Position numbers and translations under genes: made by a program. 64,000 nucleotides of DNA, taken from assembly GCA_976551045.1 (NCBI GenBank), contig CDPCPM010000022.1, forward strand, positions 20,894,001 through 20,958,000, written 5' to 3'. Source of the DNA: Glaucostegus cemiculus (lineage: Eukaryota). The first letter of the stretch is position 1, and every line of letters starts with the position of its first letter. The notes under the pieces were generated by a model that made no database searches, was not told where the DNA came from, and worked only from the letters and a program-made list of their open reading frames with translations. Shown one piece after another: positions 1 to 11,292 of the stretch.

Positions 1-2360
1 CCGGCAAAGGCATGTGGAAACCAGGCATAAACAAATCTTGTACCAATTGCTTCTAAACATCATTGGCTCTTCCCCTTTGAAATGTGAGTTAGGTCATGAA
101 ATGTCCTGGTTGAGCTCTGCTTCGTAGCTGGCTAGAGTTACTATGATGCAAGAACTCTGTAGCTAGCAGATTTAGGAAGGTGAATGCAAAACACAGTGCA
201 AGCAGAGGGAATGGGTGAGTGCCTGACAAACTTGAGAGTTAGGCAGGTAGTATGAGAATCCCCTGTGAAAATCATGCTCACTAACAGAATTTCACTTTTG
301 GATAGTGCTGGGGCTAATGGTTCCTTGGGAGGGGTGCAGTCAATTAGGAGTGTGGAACCACGAGGGCATCATCTACATATGAGGGGAGGAAGGAATGTAG
401 GAGAGAAATAGCTGTAGGGTATTCAAAAGTTCAGGGGGCACCCAGCTGTTGGTGTGACTCTGGTATGGTGTGGACTCCCTAATGCTGGGATTAAGGATGT
501 TCCAGACCAGCTGCTGCAGAACATCCTGAAGGGGAAGGGTGTACTGCTGGAAGTCGCTGTACATATTGGTACAGATGTCAAAGGTAGAAAAATGAAGATG
601 CCCTGGAGGCAGAGTTTAGGGTGCTAGGAAAGAAGTTAAAAAGCAGGACCTCAAGCATAACAATCTCAGGATTACTCCAGTGCCATGTGCTAATTAGTAT
701 AGAAATAGCAGATAAGGCTGATGAATGTGAGGCTTGAAAGGTGGTTTGGCAGGCAGCTAGGACGTGAACAAATTGGATGGGGTGCACCACAGCAGGATCA
801 AAACCAGAGTCCTTGCGTGGAATTTGCTATTGGCAAAGGTTTAAACTAACATGACAGTGGAGTGGGAGCCACAAGAGAATTCAGGAAGGACAGTAAAAAA
901 AAAAAGCAGGAAGTGAAAGTTAATTGACAGTCTTTTTGTAAAGCGGCCTTTAGGAGAGAGTGCTCATAATATGCTAGATGAAGGTACAAAGGGAGAATTG
1001 GCTGTGGTTGATTAGGAAAACACGTTGTGAAGCCTGACACCATTAGAAAGGAAGATTCTGGATTCTATAATGAAGGACAATTTGAAAAGTATAACAGAAT
1101 CTATTAAAGTTCTTTAAGGATCTATGTAACTGCGAGAGTAGATAAGGGGAAACTCTTGGATTTTGGATTTTCAGAAGGTTTTTGATCAGGTCCCACATAG
1201 AATGTTGTTTAACATGGTTGGAGCACACAGAATAGTGGCTAATATACTGACATATTGAGAATTGGTTATTGAACAGAAAGTAAAGAATGGAAATAAATGG
1301 GTCCCTCTCAGAATGGCATGCTGTGGCTAATCCGGTAGCTATTTACAAATTATATTAACAAGTTGGCTGAGGCAATAACACGTTATGTTTCCAAATTTGC
1401 TGATAATAGTAAACTAGGTAGGATTCTGAGTTTAGAGTGGGATGTAAAAAAGCTTGAAGGAGGTATACACCAGCTCAGTGAATAGGTCACAGTGTGGCAG
1501 GTGGAATATGAAGTGGAAAACTGTGATCCACTTTGGTGCAGATGACAAAAAGGCAGAACATTTTTTTAATGATGAGAGATTCAGTAGCAGTGATGTTCTG
1601 AGGGACCTAGGTGTCTTTGCACACATATAATCAAAACCCAGCATGCAGATGTAACAAATGAATAAGAAAGTAACTGGTTTGTTAGCCTTTATTATGGGAT
1701 GATTTAAACACAGTAGAAATGGAGTTTTACTGAAATTATGCAGGATCTTGGTGAGACCACACCTGGAGTATTGTGTAGAATTTAGGTCTCCTTACCTATT
1801 TTTCTTAGGAACACAGGGATGGTGGGTTTACTGTATGAAGAAAGGTTGAGTATACTAGGCCTGCATTCTCTAAGGTCTTGAAGAATGAGAGGAGATCTCA
1901 TTGAAGCTTGCATAATTCTTACAGGGCTTGACAGGCTGGATGCAGGGAGGATGTTTCCACTGTAAATGAAAATCAAAACAACAGCAAATGCTGAAAATCT
2001 GGAACATGAGTAGAAAATGCTGGGAACACTCAACAGGTCAGGCAGCCGGGTTGATGAAGGGTTTTCAACTTGAAATGGTGACTCTGTTTCTCTTTCCATG
2101 ACCGTTGCCTGACCTGCTGAGTGTTTGCAGCATCTTCTGAGGAGATTTCCCCTCGGTGATGAGAAGGAATTTCTTCAGTCAGAGGTTGGGGAATCTTTGT
2201 AATTCTCTACCTTGGAAGGCTGTTGAGTTCATTCAAAACAAAGACCAATGGATTTCTGTAAATTAAGGGAATGAGGAGATAAGGAGATTATGCTGGAAGA
2301 AAGCACTGAGGCAGATGGTATTAATGAATGGTGGAACATGCCCAAAGGTTGAATGACCTT
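1..2360 (+). mobile_element. Degraded CR1-type LINE fragments (ORF1 esterase-like remnant ~400-800; RT and 3' end remnants ~1000-2360), interrupted by an antisense Penelope-type fragment at ~1975-2140
   Basis: CR1-like RT remnants: 'gattttcagaaggtttttgatcaggtcccacat' (DFQK.FD.VPH), 'tccaaatttgctgataatagtaaacta' (SKFADNSKL), 'gtgagaccacacctggagtattgtgta' (VRPHLEYCV). Many stops and frameshifts; boundaries approximate. Confidence 0.75.
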
Positions 2361-2894
2361 CTCCTCCTACTACTTTTGCTTTTAGTTTCACTTACCCTAT
2401 CTCAGTGTGTTAATTGTATCCCACATTGGTGTTCAAGGTAAGCAAACAGCCAGATTGTTTTTAGCAAAACGTATTTATTGAAATAATCCATGCTACAAAG
2501 GGAAATCCCAGTGTGTTGCAATGGGCCTTTACATACAATGCAACTCCTGGTCAAGTGATTAATTGGTGTGAGCAGTGGCTCATTGATTGTTAATGACTGA
2601 TCGGTCCATCCAACAATTCTCTGCTGTGTGTGCTAAAGTTCACAAGGTATTCAGGTTTGTAACTACCTTGGCTATTTGACCAAAATGTAACATTATTCAT
2701 TGAGTTCTTATGGATAGATGATTAGGCTGCTTCAGTGTCATCCTCCTTATAATACACTTGAAGAGCTGAACTTGAAACTTGGACTTGAAACATCTTTCTA
2801 TATTATTGCAATGTATTCAGAGGTGATTATTGTCAACCCAAGGATCAATCCATACTTCAGTCATATGAAGGTGTTCTTCAGATCATCCATCAGT

Positions 2895-3140
2895 TTAGTT
2901 CGCAACTTTACAGTTACAAGGTGCTCCAGTTTCCTCCATATCCCAAAACCATGAGAGTTGGTAGGTTAATAGGCCATTGTAAACTACTCCTAGTGCGTGA
3001 TAGAATCTCAGGAGCAGTTGATGGGAATGTCGAGTGAATAAAATGGGTTTCTGTAAGATTAGTGTAAAAGTGGTTGGTTGATAAGTCGGTAAAGACTCAA
3101 TGGGCAAAAGAGCCTGTTTCCATGCTGTATGTCTCTATTC
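2895..3140 (+). mobile_element. HE1-like V-SINE, 3' part
   Basis: 'ggtgctccagtttcctcc' core followed by a CR1-type tail 'gggcaaaagagcctgtttccatgctgtat'; recognised from memory of elasmobranch SINEs. Confidence 0.6.
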
Positions 3141-4399
3141 CTATAAAAAAGGAACCAATCAACCTATCAAGTCTATGTTCAGTTCTCAGAACTATGCTAT
3201 CAATCTCATTCCCCCCACTTACTTCCCTGTAACTTAGTCCCTTATATAAGCCTATTACCATTCCCCTGATTCTCTCCTGATCAGCCACCTGCAATGAAGC
3301 CACCAGCAGTACCCAGGAGAACATGCAAACTTGATCGAGAGTACCAGAGGTCAGAATTGTGAAGGAATAGAACAACCTCCTGGGCCGCTTCTGTTGCACA
3401 GAAACTCGGCACCCATTGGGCTACAATGTCAAAATAAAAGCAACCAAACAATAAACAATTCAATCAAATTTAATATAAAAATATAAAATTGCATACAAAT
3501 ATAATTAATCTGCGTATATCCAGAAGGCATTGATAGAACATAGGTCAAAATCCCTATTCCATTGTACCCGGCATTGCTATTAGTATAAAGGTCATGCATC
3601 TGTTGTCTTTAGCTCTGAATGAATAGAAATTGCGGAACCAAATTTTGTGGCATCCATTTCGTTGATCCTCAAACACAATGTTTTGAGGAAGCTCCAGATA
3701 ACCGCTGGGAGTCTACTTGTCAATTTACTCTCAATTAAAACATATGCACAAAATTGTCTTGTTGACTAGTATTTTTGGACAAACAAGTAATCTAAATCCA
3801 TGCCCTTTCCCTACCACCCTGCACCCCAGAAAAACTGGACCCAGGAAAGGTCGGGGAGTCATTTAGCTCTAGCATTCAGCAATGCTGGAAATCTTGGATC
3901 ACTGAATGGCAGGGGTCACCCACCGATATAAAGGCCGGGAGAATCCCCCTCCCAGCAAGGCACCGGTTTCATCAGCAAGAGGGCAGTTTGTTCAGCGAAT
4001 AGCAAGCACTCTGTAGGTCTAGGATCTGAAAGTTAGAGTCACAGAAAACAGCGGTGCCACAGTTGGACGATACAGCCCATGAGCCTACTAGTTTCTATGA
4101 TTCCCTCCTCTACCTCCTGAACCCATTTGTTTCTATGCTTGTCTCATCACAGCACTGCCCTTCCTGTTCTCCAATGAAAGGATGTTGTCATTAAATGTTA
4201 ACCATGTTTCTTTCTCTACAGATGCTGCCTGATCTGCTGACTATCCCCAATATATTCTGTTTTATCTCAGACCTCCAGAATCTGCAGTATTTTAATGTTG
4301 ACTTAAGTTAGATGGTGCAATTTAAAACCAAATACAGCAATTTCACAATCATATGAACGAATCTCTCGCATTATCTAAGTCTTCTCAGATCATGAGAGG

Positions 4400-5030
4400 A
4401 TAAGTAAATCGTGGTAAAGAAGGCATTTGGTATGCTTATGGTATAAAAGTCAGGTAGCCATGTTGCAGCTATATTAAACAATTTGGAGTATTGTGTGCAA
4501 TTCTGGTTGCTGCATTACAGGAAGGATGTAGAGGCTTTGGAGAGAATGCAGAAGAGTTTCACCAGAATGCTGCTTAGATTAGTGGGTATTAGACACACAG
4601 AGAGGTTCAACAATCTTGGATTGTTTTCTCTGGAGCATCGAAGGCTGAGGAGAGACTCAATAGAAGTATATTGGTATTTGTTTATAAAATTATGAGAGGT
4701 ATAGATATGGCAGATTGACCAAATCTTTTTCTTAGAATGAAATGTCAAATACTTGATGGCATAGCTTAAAGGTGAGAAGGGGAAAGTTTAAAGGAGATGT
4801 GCCAGGCAAGTTTTTTTTTACACGGAGAGTGGTAGTTGTCTGGAACGCACTGTCAGGGGAAGCGGTGGAAGCAGATAAGAAAGTGACAGTGATGTTTAAG
4901 AGAATTTTAGTGTCCTATGAACAGGCACTGAATGGAGGGATATGCAGACAAATGGGATTAATTTAATTTAGCATCATAGTTGGCACAGACATTGCAGGAG
5001 AAAGGATCTGTTCCTGCACCATGTTCTATG
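4400..5030 (+). mobile_element. CR1 LINE 3' end
   Basis: ORF 4483-4695 (LEYCVQFW..HYRKDVEALERMQKSFTRML...LGLFSLEHRRLRRD) and 4772-4966 (FFTRRVVVVWNAL) are typical of the CR1 ORF2 C-terminus. Confidence 0.85.
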
Positions 5031-5175
5031 ATAAGCTGTAGTTCTGTCACAGTGTCAGATGGCTTTTTTTATTTACAGCGTGGTAACAGGTCCTTTCGGC
5101 CCAACGAGTCCGCGCCACCCATTTTAAACCCCCAAATTAACCTACTCATACGTCTTTTAGAAGACCCGTACGGCT

Positions 5176-5830
5176 TCGTCAAGCACGGTCCGTCGTAACA
5201 GCCAGGATCTCCCAGTGGTCAACCATTTTAATTCCACTTCCCATTCCCACACCGACATGTCCGTCCATGGTCTCCTCTGCGGCCAAGTTGAGGGCCAGAT
5301 GTAGGTTAAAGGAACAGCACCTCATATTCCACCTTGGTAGTCTCCAACCTGATGGTATGAACATCGACTTCTCTCACTTCTGCTAACCGCTCCCCTCTGT
5401 CCCCCCACCCCTTTGTTTTCCCGTATCCCACTGGCCCATCACCCACACATTCCTCCCTCCGGTTCCCCTCCTCACCCCCTTCCCTTTATTCCATGATCCA
5501 CTGGCATCAGATTCCATCTTCTTCAGCCCTTTGTCACTTCCACTTCTCACCTCCCAGCTACTCACATCATTCCCACCCTCTCCCCTCCCCACTTGTCCAC
5601 CACTAACCCCCCTCACCTGGATCCACCGATCACCTGCCAACTCTTGCCTCACCCCTCCCCTCCCCTTTATATACCGGCTATCTCCCCTCTTTCCAGTCCT
5701 GGCGAAGAGTCTCAACGCGAAACGTCGACTGTCCATTTCCCTCCATAGATGCTGCCTGACCCGGTGAGTTCCTCCAGCTTTTTGTGTGTTGCTGCAGATT
5801 CCCAGCATCTGCAGAATCTCTTGTGCCTCC
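5176..5830 (+). mobile_element. Penelope-like element 3' fragment (GIY-YIG C-terminus plus pyrimidine-rich tail)
   Basis: Encodes HFNSTSHSHTDMS...EQHLIFHLGSLQPDGMNIDFS, homologous to the GIY-YIG remnant at 30040-30351. Ends with the recurrent 'cccagcatctgcagaatctcttgtg' terminus. Confidence 0.75.
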
Positions 5831-6708
5831 AAGGGCTGTCAGTGTAGCTTTATTCGACATCCGGAACTCTCTAACAACAAAATAATAATACATGGCATCC
5901 AGGACACAGTTTACGTTTGCTAAACACAGACAGATCTGCAGAACGTTACGCAGAGGCACCTCGTACCGTTCATGTATCAGGGATTTCCGAGCTAAAAAGT
6001 ACAGCAGCATTGCCACATGGTACGGCGTGAAGCAAACGAGGAAAGTCGACAGATTTGAAAGAACAACTTTCACGGATTTGTTGTACCTGTTCTCGTCTTT
6101 CAATGCGCCTCTTTTCCGCAGAGTTCTGATGATTTGAACAGAGCAGAAGATCATGGTGAGAGCGGAGGCAACAAAAATGGTTTGGAGGAATGCAATGATT
6201 GGCGTTGTCCAAACCCTAGAAGCATGATTGAAAAAACAGGTAGATCTGGGGAGAGTTCTTAAATAAATGCATGTGCTGCAAGACCAGACAAAAATCCAAA
6301 CTGTAGCGCAGGAGATGGCAGTTCTCTTGGGGGATCTGAAGCTCCTGGCCAAAAAGGGGTGTTTTATGGAGACGTAACGATCCAGACAAATCAGCGCTAT
6401 CATCAAAATGCTTGCATAGGTGTTCACGTAGTACAGGGATTCCAAAAACGTGCAGAATCCTTGACCCAGAGACCACTCGGCAGTCTGGTAGGCGTAGATT
6501 TTGAAAGGCAGCGAGAAAAGCAGCAGAATGTCCGACATGATCAGATTAATCATATAGATCACAGACTCGTTGTTTTTTCTAAATTTAAAGCACAGGCTCC
6601 ACAATGCAAATACGTTAAGAGCCAAGCCCAAAACAAACGTCGGCAAACTGACGAAAAATTGGAAGCGTCTCACAAATCCGTCCAATGATCTGTTGGCCGC
6701 ATGTCCCA
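5678..6708 (-). CDS. GPR55: GPR55/GPR35-like class A GPCR, main coding exon (spliced product about 350 aa)
   Basis: Seven hydrophobic segments; PTFVLGLALN (TM1), IYMINL..SDILLLFSLPFK (TM2), DRY, FRSPKR, CFTPYH (TM6), NCVLDAMYYYF (TM7), as in GPR55/GPR35. Acceptor 'cccttgctttctgcag|TG' puts the exon start at 6708; the ORF-track start at 6757 is intronic. The symbol is by resemblance and could be a GPR35/55 paralogue. Confidence 0.85.
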
Positions 6709-7153
6709 CTGCAGAAAGCAAGGGAATGAAAAGATGACTGGTTAACAGCGTAAACACACTTCCATGCCCACCTTACAAATCATGCTTTTTTTTTTGGGGG
6801 GGGGTGTCGGGGGGGGGGTGACTCTGTTGGGTTTCACGCCTTGAAGTCTCGGTTTTTAAATGCATGACATGTTTGATCAAAACTTTAGGTTGATAACCGT
6901 CATGCAACTATTCATGCTTATTCAGTATTCCCTCTTCTATGTTCATGCCCGCTTTACATTGGTAAGCACCTTCACTCTGCCCAGTCACATTGTATACTGT
7001 AACAGTTCAGAAGGAGACAAATCTGCCCATTGTGCTGTTGCGGGATCCACGAATTTGTTCTGAAATCGCACTCCCCTATAACTCTACGCCTCACCCCTGC
7101 AAAATCTCCTCACTTCAATCGACCCCCTAAAACGATCAGAAGCAAAACCTTAC

Positions 7154-7175
7154 CACTTGCGACAGTTTGATTCAT
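7154..7175 (-). CDS. GPR55: First coding exon of the GPR55-like gene (MNQTVAS + G)
   Basis: Minus strand aaaATGAATCAAACTGTCGCAAGTG|gtaagg. The phase-1 donor joins exon 2 in frame (G|TG = Val) and gives an N-terminal NQT glycosylation sequon typical of GPCRs. Confidence 0.7.
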
Positions 7176-7199
7176 TTTTGCTTAGCGATGAGAACTATC

Positions 7200-7310
7200 T
7201 GTCTACTTCCTGTTCAGTGCCGTATGTGGCAGAAATGCACGCAAGTTATAACTTACCAGAAGCTTTACTTCTCGTTTCGCTTTTTCTTCTGCAAATTGTA
7301 ACACCACAAT
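7200..7310 (-). promoter_or_regulatory. Putative GPCR promoter with ETS (ACTTCCTG 7205-7212), IRF/ISRE-like (GTTTCGCTTTT 7274-7284) and RUNX (ACCACA 7303-7308) motifs
   Basis: Motif matches directly upstream of the predicted first exon. The motifs are short, so chance matches are possible. Confidence 0.35.
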
Positions 7311-7914
7311 AAAAAAAACCTGAAATAAAATGTCTGGGTTGATACATAAGCAGAATCCAACACATATTCAGCAAAACAGTTGTTTTGACTTCCATCTAGC
7401 TCAAAATACTATCAGCTGAATTAATATTAATTAACAATTGCTGAAAGCTAAAGGTGTGAATAACACACATCATTACTAATGTACAAAGTGGCCAGCAATG
7501 TAGAGAGAAAGTGATATTATTAATGTGCACATTCATTAAACTCACAATACAGTAATGTCTGATAATTAACAGCATTATATCTTTTAAACAACCACCATGT
7601 ACTCGAATGTCTACTACTCAACGTTTCATACTTATAACCTAGGAATCTCATTTCATCAGGAACTGATGCAGATCTCAAAAATGTCAGACGTTAGATTTTT
7701 TTTCTTATTTTTCTTTTAGTTCTATTTTGTTCTATCTCCTTTCTTTTCCTCTTTATCCAACTGATTTTTTTTCTATCTTTATCTTGGGTAATGTAAACAG
7801 AGGTCTTGGAAAAGCTCAGCAGATCAGACAGTAGCAAAGAAGGAAGGAAAATTAACATTCCAAACATTTATTTCAAATTTCCAATGTCATCAATATTTTG
7901 CTGAATATTTATGC

Positions 7915-8930
7915 CTTTGTTAAATTTGCAGATGACACGACAGTGGTGGGTCTTGCCACGGATGACGATGAGTCCGACTACAGAGGGGAGGTGAAACAAC
8001 TAGCCGTGTGGTGCTATGACAACAACCTCTCCTTGAATGTGGATAAAACCAAGGAGATGATAGTGGATTTTAGGAGGGGTCACTGTGTGCACGCCCCGCT
8101 GACCATCAACGGGTCTGCTGTGGAACAAGTACGCAGCACCAAGTTCCTGGGGGTGCACATCACCAACGACCTGACCTGGTCCACTAACATTAAGGCCCTC
8201 ACGAAGAAAGCTCAGAAACGCCTCTACTTCCTGCGGAGACTGAGGAAAGCGAACTCCCATCCCTCCATCATGAAAACCTTCTATAGAGGGACCATTGACA
8301 GCATCCTAACTCAATGTATCACTGTTTGGTTTGGAAGCTGCTCAGCTGCTGGGCGAAAGTCCCTCCAGAGGATAGTTAGGGCTGCGGAGAGGATCATAGG
8401 TGTCTCGCTTCCATCCCTCGCAGACATATACAAAGATCATTGTGTGAGGAAGACCAAAAGCATAATGGCCAACCCTTCTCACCCCTCCCATCACCTCTTT
8501 ACAATTTTGCCATTAGGGAGGAGGCTTAAATGTATCAGAGCAAGAACGACCAGGCTGAACAATAGCTTCTTTCCACAAGCCATCAGAACTGCAAACTCTC
8601 TCATCCCTCCATCTTCCTCGTTAACACTAAGAGATGCTAGGTGCACATAAATGCACCAGCACTTTAAATGCCCGCCACCAGCTCATTCACTTTAATAACT
8701 ATTTATTTACTGGCCATTTTTAAATTAATCTGCGTATTAATTTAATTTTAACTTCTGTAGTTTTTAATGTTTAATGTTTTGTAATGTTTATTCTGTTAAG
8801 TGTGTCTGTGGGTCTCTGTTGGTTGTTATTTAATGGGACGAGTACCTGAGGAGGACGGTATCTCGCTCCTATGCATACTATGTATGTATATGGTTGTGAC
8901 AATAAAACTGATTCCGATTCTGATTCTGAT
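7915..8930 (+). mobile_element. 5'-truncated Rex1/Babar-type LINE with an uninterrupted RT C-terminal ORF (to 8650) and a short-repeat tail
   Basis: KFADDTTVVGL, WCYDNNLSLNVDKTKEMIVDFR, KFLGVHIT, KKAQKRLYFLRRL, RTTRLNNSFFPQAIR. The 3' end has aataaa followed by (GATTCT)n-like repeats at ~8909-8930. Confidence 0.9.
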
Positions 8931-10609
8931 TGGATGGTCATAGGAAAATATAGTCTATTTTCCCACCAATCCACTGCCCTTGAAGAAGTCTGGGGTTTAT
9001 AGTGTGAAGTTGGGGTGTGGATGGATACATATTGAAGTCGCTGTTACTCCTCCAAGGGTATATGTGTGGTGTGAAGAAGAAGTGAAGTATTTATCCACAG
9101 CCTGGACCATGTGGATTTTTCCTTTTTGGTGCTTTACTTGATTCCACTTTCAGTTCAGTTTATCTACCCCTCATTGAAGTTTAGGTGAGATTGTGAAGTT
9201 CACTGATTGCATGGTATTTTTCATGCATATGCCCAATCAGATTGCTCTCAAACTGGTCATCACCAACACCATTATGTTTCAGCAAGAAAAGTATTGAGGA
9301 AAACAACACAACCTTGTTTGACAGCAGTCTTCATGGAGAATTGGTTTGTGGTTCCCACATTCATTAGCCACCCCAGAGATCACAAAACTGGAGTTGAAGT
9401 AAGTCATCCTCAGTGCTAAAGAACTACCCAAGAATAGAAGACAGTGGCTGTAATATACTGGTCAGAGTGAACTGCTTCATTGTGAAAGTGTCATGACTAC
9501 TTCCCATTTATTTGATATTGTCCTTTATTATTTTTGCCTATTGTCACACACGAGCTGCATGTTGAGGAAATGATGCCCCCTTCAGTTCACAGACCTTGCA
9601 GGGTTCTGGTATGGAGCCTTACATGTGACATGGGTGCAGTTGACAGCTTTTTGTATGATTGGGAATCAGCTACTTTGGAAAATTACCAGGTTCACTCTAC
9701 CTGGTTCTCTCTTCCCAAAGAAAAGGAAATGGATCCAGCTGTTCTTGAGGTGACAGACTCTGTGACCTCCTGAACTCAGCAAAAGATGGCACATGGGGCA
9801 TGTCTCCAGCACCAGCTTGGGAAGAGCCATAGACCTGGAAATTCAGCACGACCATACCCTGCCACTGACAATGCGATCCAGACTCTATGGTCTGCCAGCA
9901 ATTGTGGCCGAAGCTTGTGGTTGATCTCTGGGCAGACTCTGGAGGAGTTGCTCAAGCATTGCTCCTCGCTGTTACTGTAGAAGTGCTCCTAGAAGCACCA
10001 TTGTGACCACCCCCGGATCACTTCTGCTTCTCCCCACCTCCTGTCATGACACACTACTTTGTGAGTCCTCTCCTCCTCCTCCTCCCCCCCCCCCCCTCCA
10101 CAAAACCTTGTCATTGAGAGTCCATTTAAATCCTGGAGATGGGATCCTGCTGCTAACCTATGGATATTAGTTGGATTATTGTGGCCCCTTTTGGCAGCAC
10201 ACACATCATATCAGCTTTACATGAAAGTTAGTGTCATGATCTGTCAGCTCTGCATTTTCCCAGCATCTATAGGCAACACATGAAATATTGTATTACCCAC
10301 TTCGCCAAACAATATGAGTTGCACTTAAAATGTGAAAGCAAATCAGTACCTCTGGTGTCCAAGAGTTGGCACCATAGAGCACAACTTTGCTGTCATTAAT
10401 TTCCACAAACAAGTGGCACTCTTTTTAGCCAAAGGCTTTCGGAGGGGTTGAAACTATGAGATTTAATTTTAACATTTTTCTTCTCCAGGCTCATCATTAC
10501 AGATGACTGGTTTCCATGGAACAATAATTAGTAGGTGATTTGGATTTGAGATGAAGAAATAGGAATGGTTTTCAAATTGCTTTTGTTAAAAATTGAACAT
10601 TCATTTTGT

Positions 10610-10910
10610 GCACAGTAGTGTAGTGGTTTGTGTAACACTGTTATAGCACCAGCGACAAGGGTTCGATTCTGGCCACCATCTGTAAGGAGTTTGTGCGTTC
10701 TCCCTGTGTGTGTGCGTGGGTTTCCTCCAGGTGCCCTGACTTCCTCCCACATTCTAAAAACAAAAATAAAAGACGTATGGGTTAGGAAGTTGTGGGCACG
10801 CTACGTTAGTGCCGGAAGCGTGGCGACACTTGCAGGCTGCTCCCAGAACATTCTCCACAAAAGATTCATTTCACTGTGTGTTTCCATCTACATGTGACTA
10901 ATAAAGATAA
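10610..10910 (+). mobile_element. tRNA-derived V-SINE (HE1-like)
   Basis: Pol III A box 'tagtgtagtgg' and B box 'ggttcgattct', then V-domain core 'ctgtaaggagtttgtgcgttctccctgtg...gcgtgggtttcctccaggtg...ttcctcccaca'. Confidence 0.8.
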
Positions 10911-11151
10911 TCTAGCCGCCCGCGAAACGTGGCTCAGAGAGACATGGAGATGTGGCAACTCAGTCAAACACATTTTATTAACTGATACAAAACGCGCGCG
11001 CACTGTGCGCAGAACTCCCTGAAAACCTCTTTGGCGGAAGTGTTATCAGTCTCCCACCGGAAATCCCGCCTCGCGATTCTACCACGCAGCCTCACGTGTT
11101 CTCCCGCGGCCGCTGATGGCAGTTTGGACATCGGTAACGCAGGTCGCTACA
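10911..11151 (-). repeat. 3' LTR of the gypsy element
   Basis: Direct repeat of 14940-15156 (aaacgtggctcagagag...ttttattaactgatacaaaac...ggaaatcccgcctcgc); ends in ...ctaca, with the other terminus degenerate (tc instead of tg). Confidence 0.85.
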
Positions 11152-11292
11152 CCACCCTCCCCCCCCCCAGAAACACCCATTGAAGGCGTGGGTTCATCGG
11201 CCTGAACGTCCATCTTGGGTAGCCTGCCCTTTCGGCATGGTGAAGGCACTCTGACCGGGTGCTCAATGTCCAGATGCGCCGGCTTTTGCGGT

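Noticed and set aside
6709-6757. N-terminus MFTLLTSHLFIPLLSA of the GPCR ORF
   Set aside because: Begins at a GTG and corresponds to the intron pyrimidine tract; the spliced ATG exon at 7154-7175 is a better start.
6786-6820. Long T/G homopolymer runs (also C runs at ~10084 and ~26512) as G-quadruplex or regulatory elements
   Set aside because: Simple runs are common and prone to slippage or sequencing error; no supporting context.
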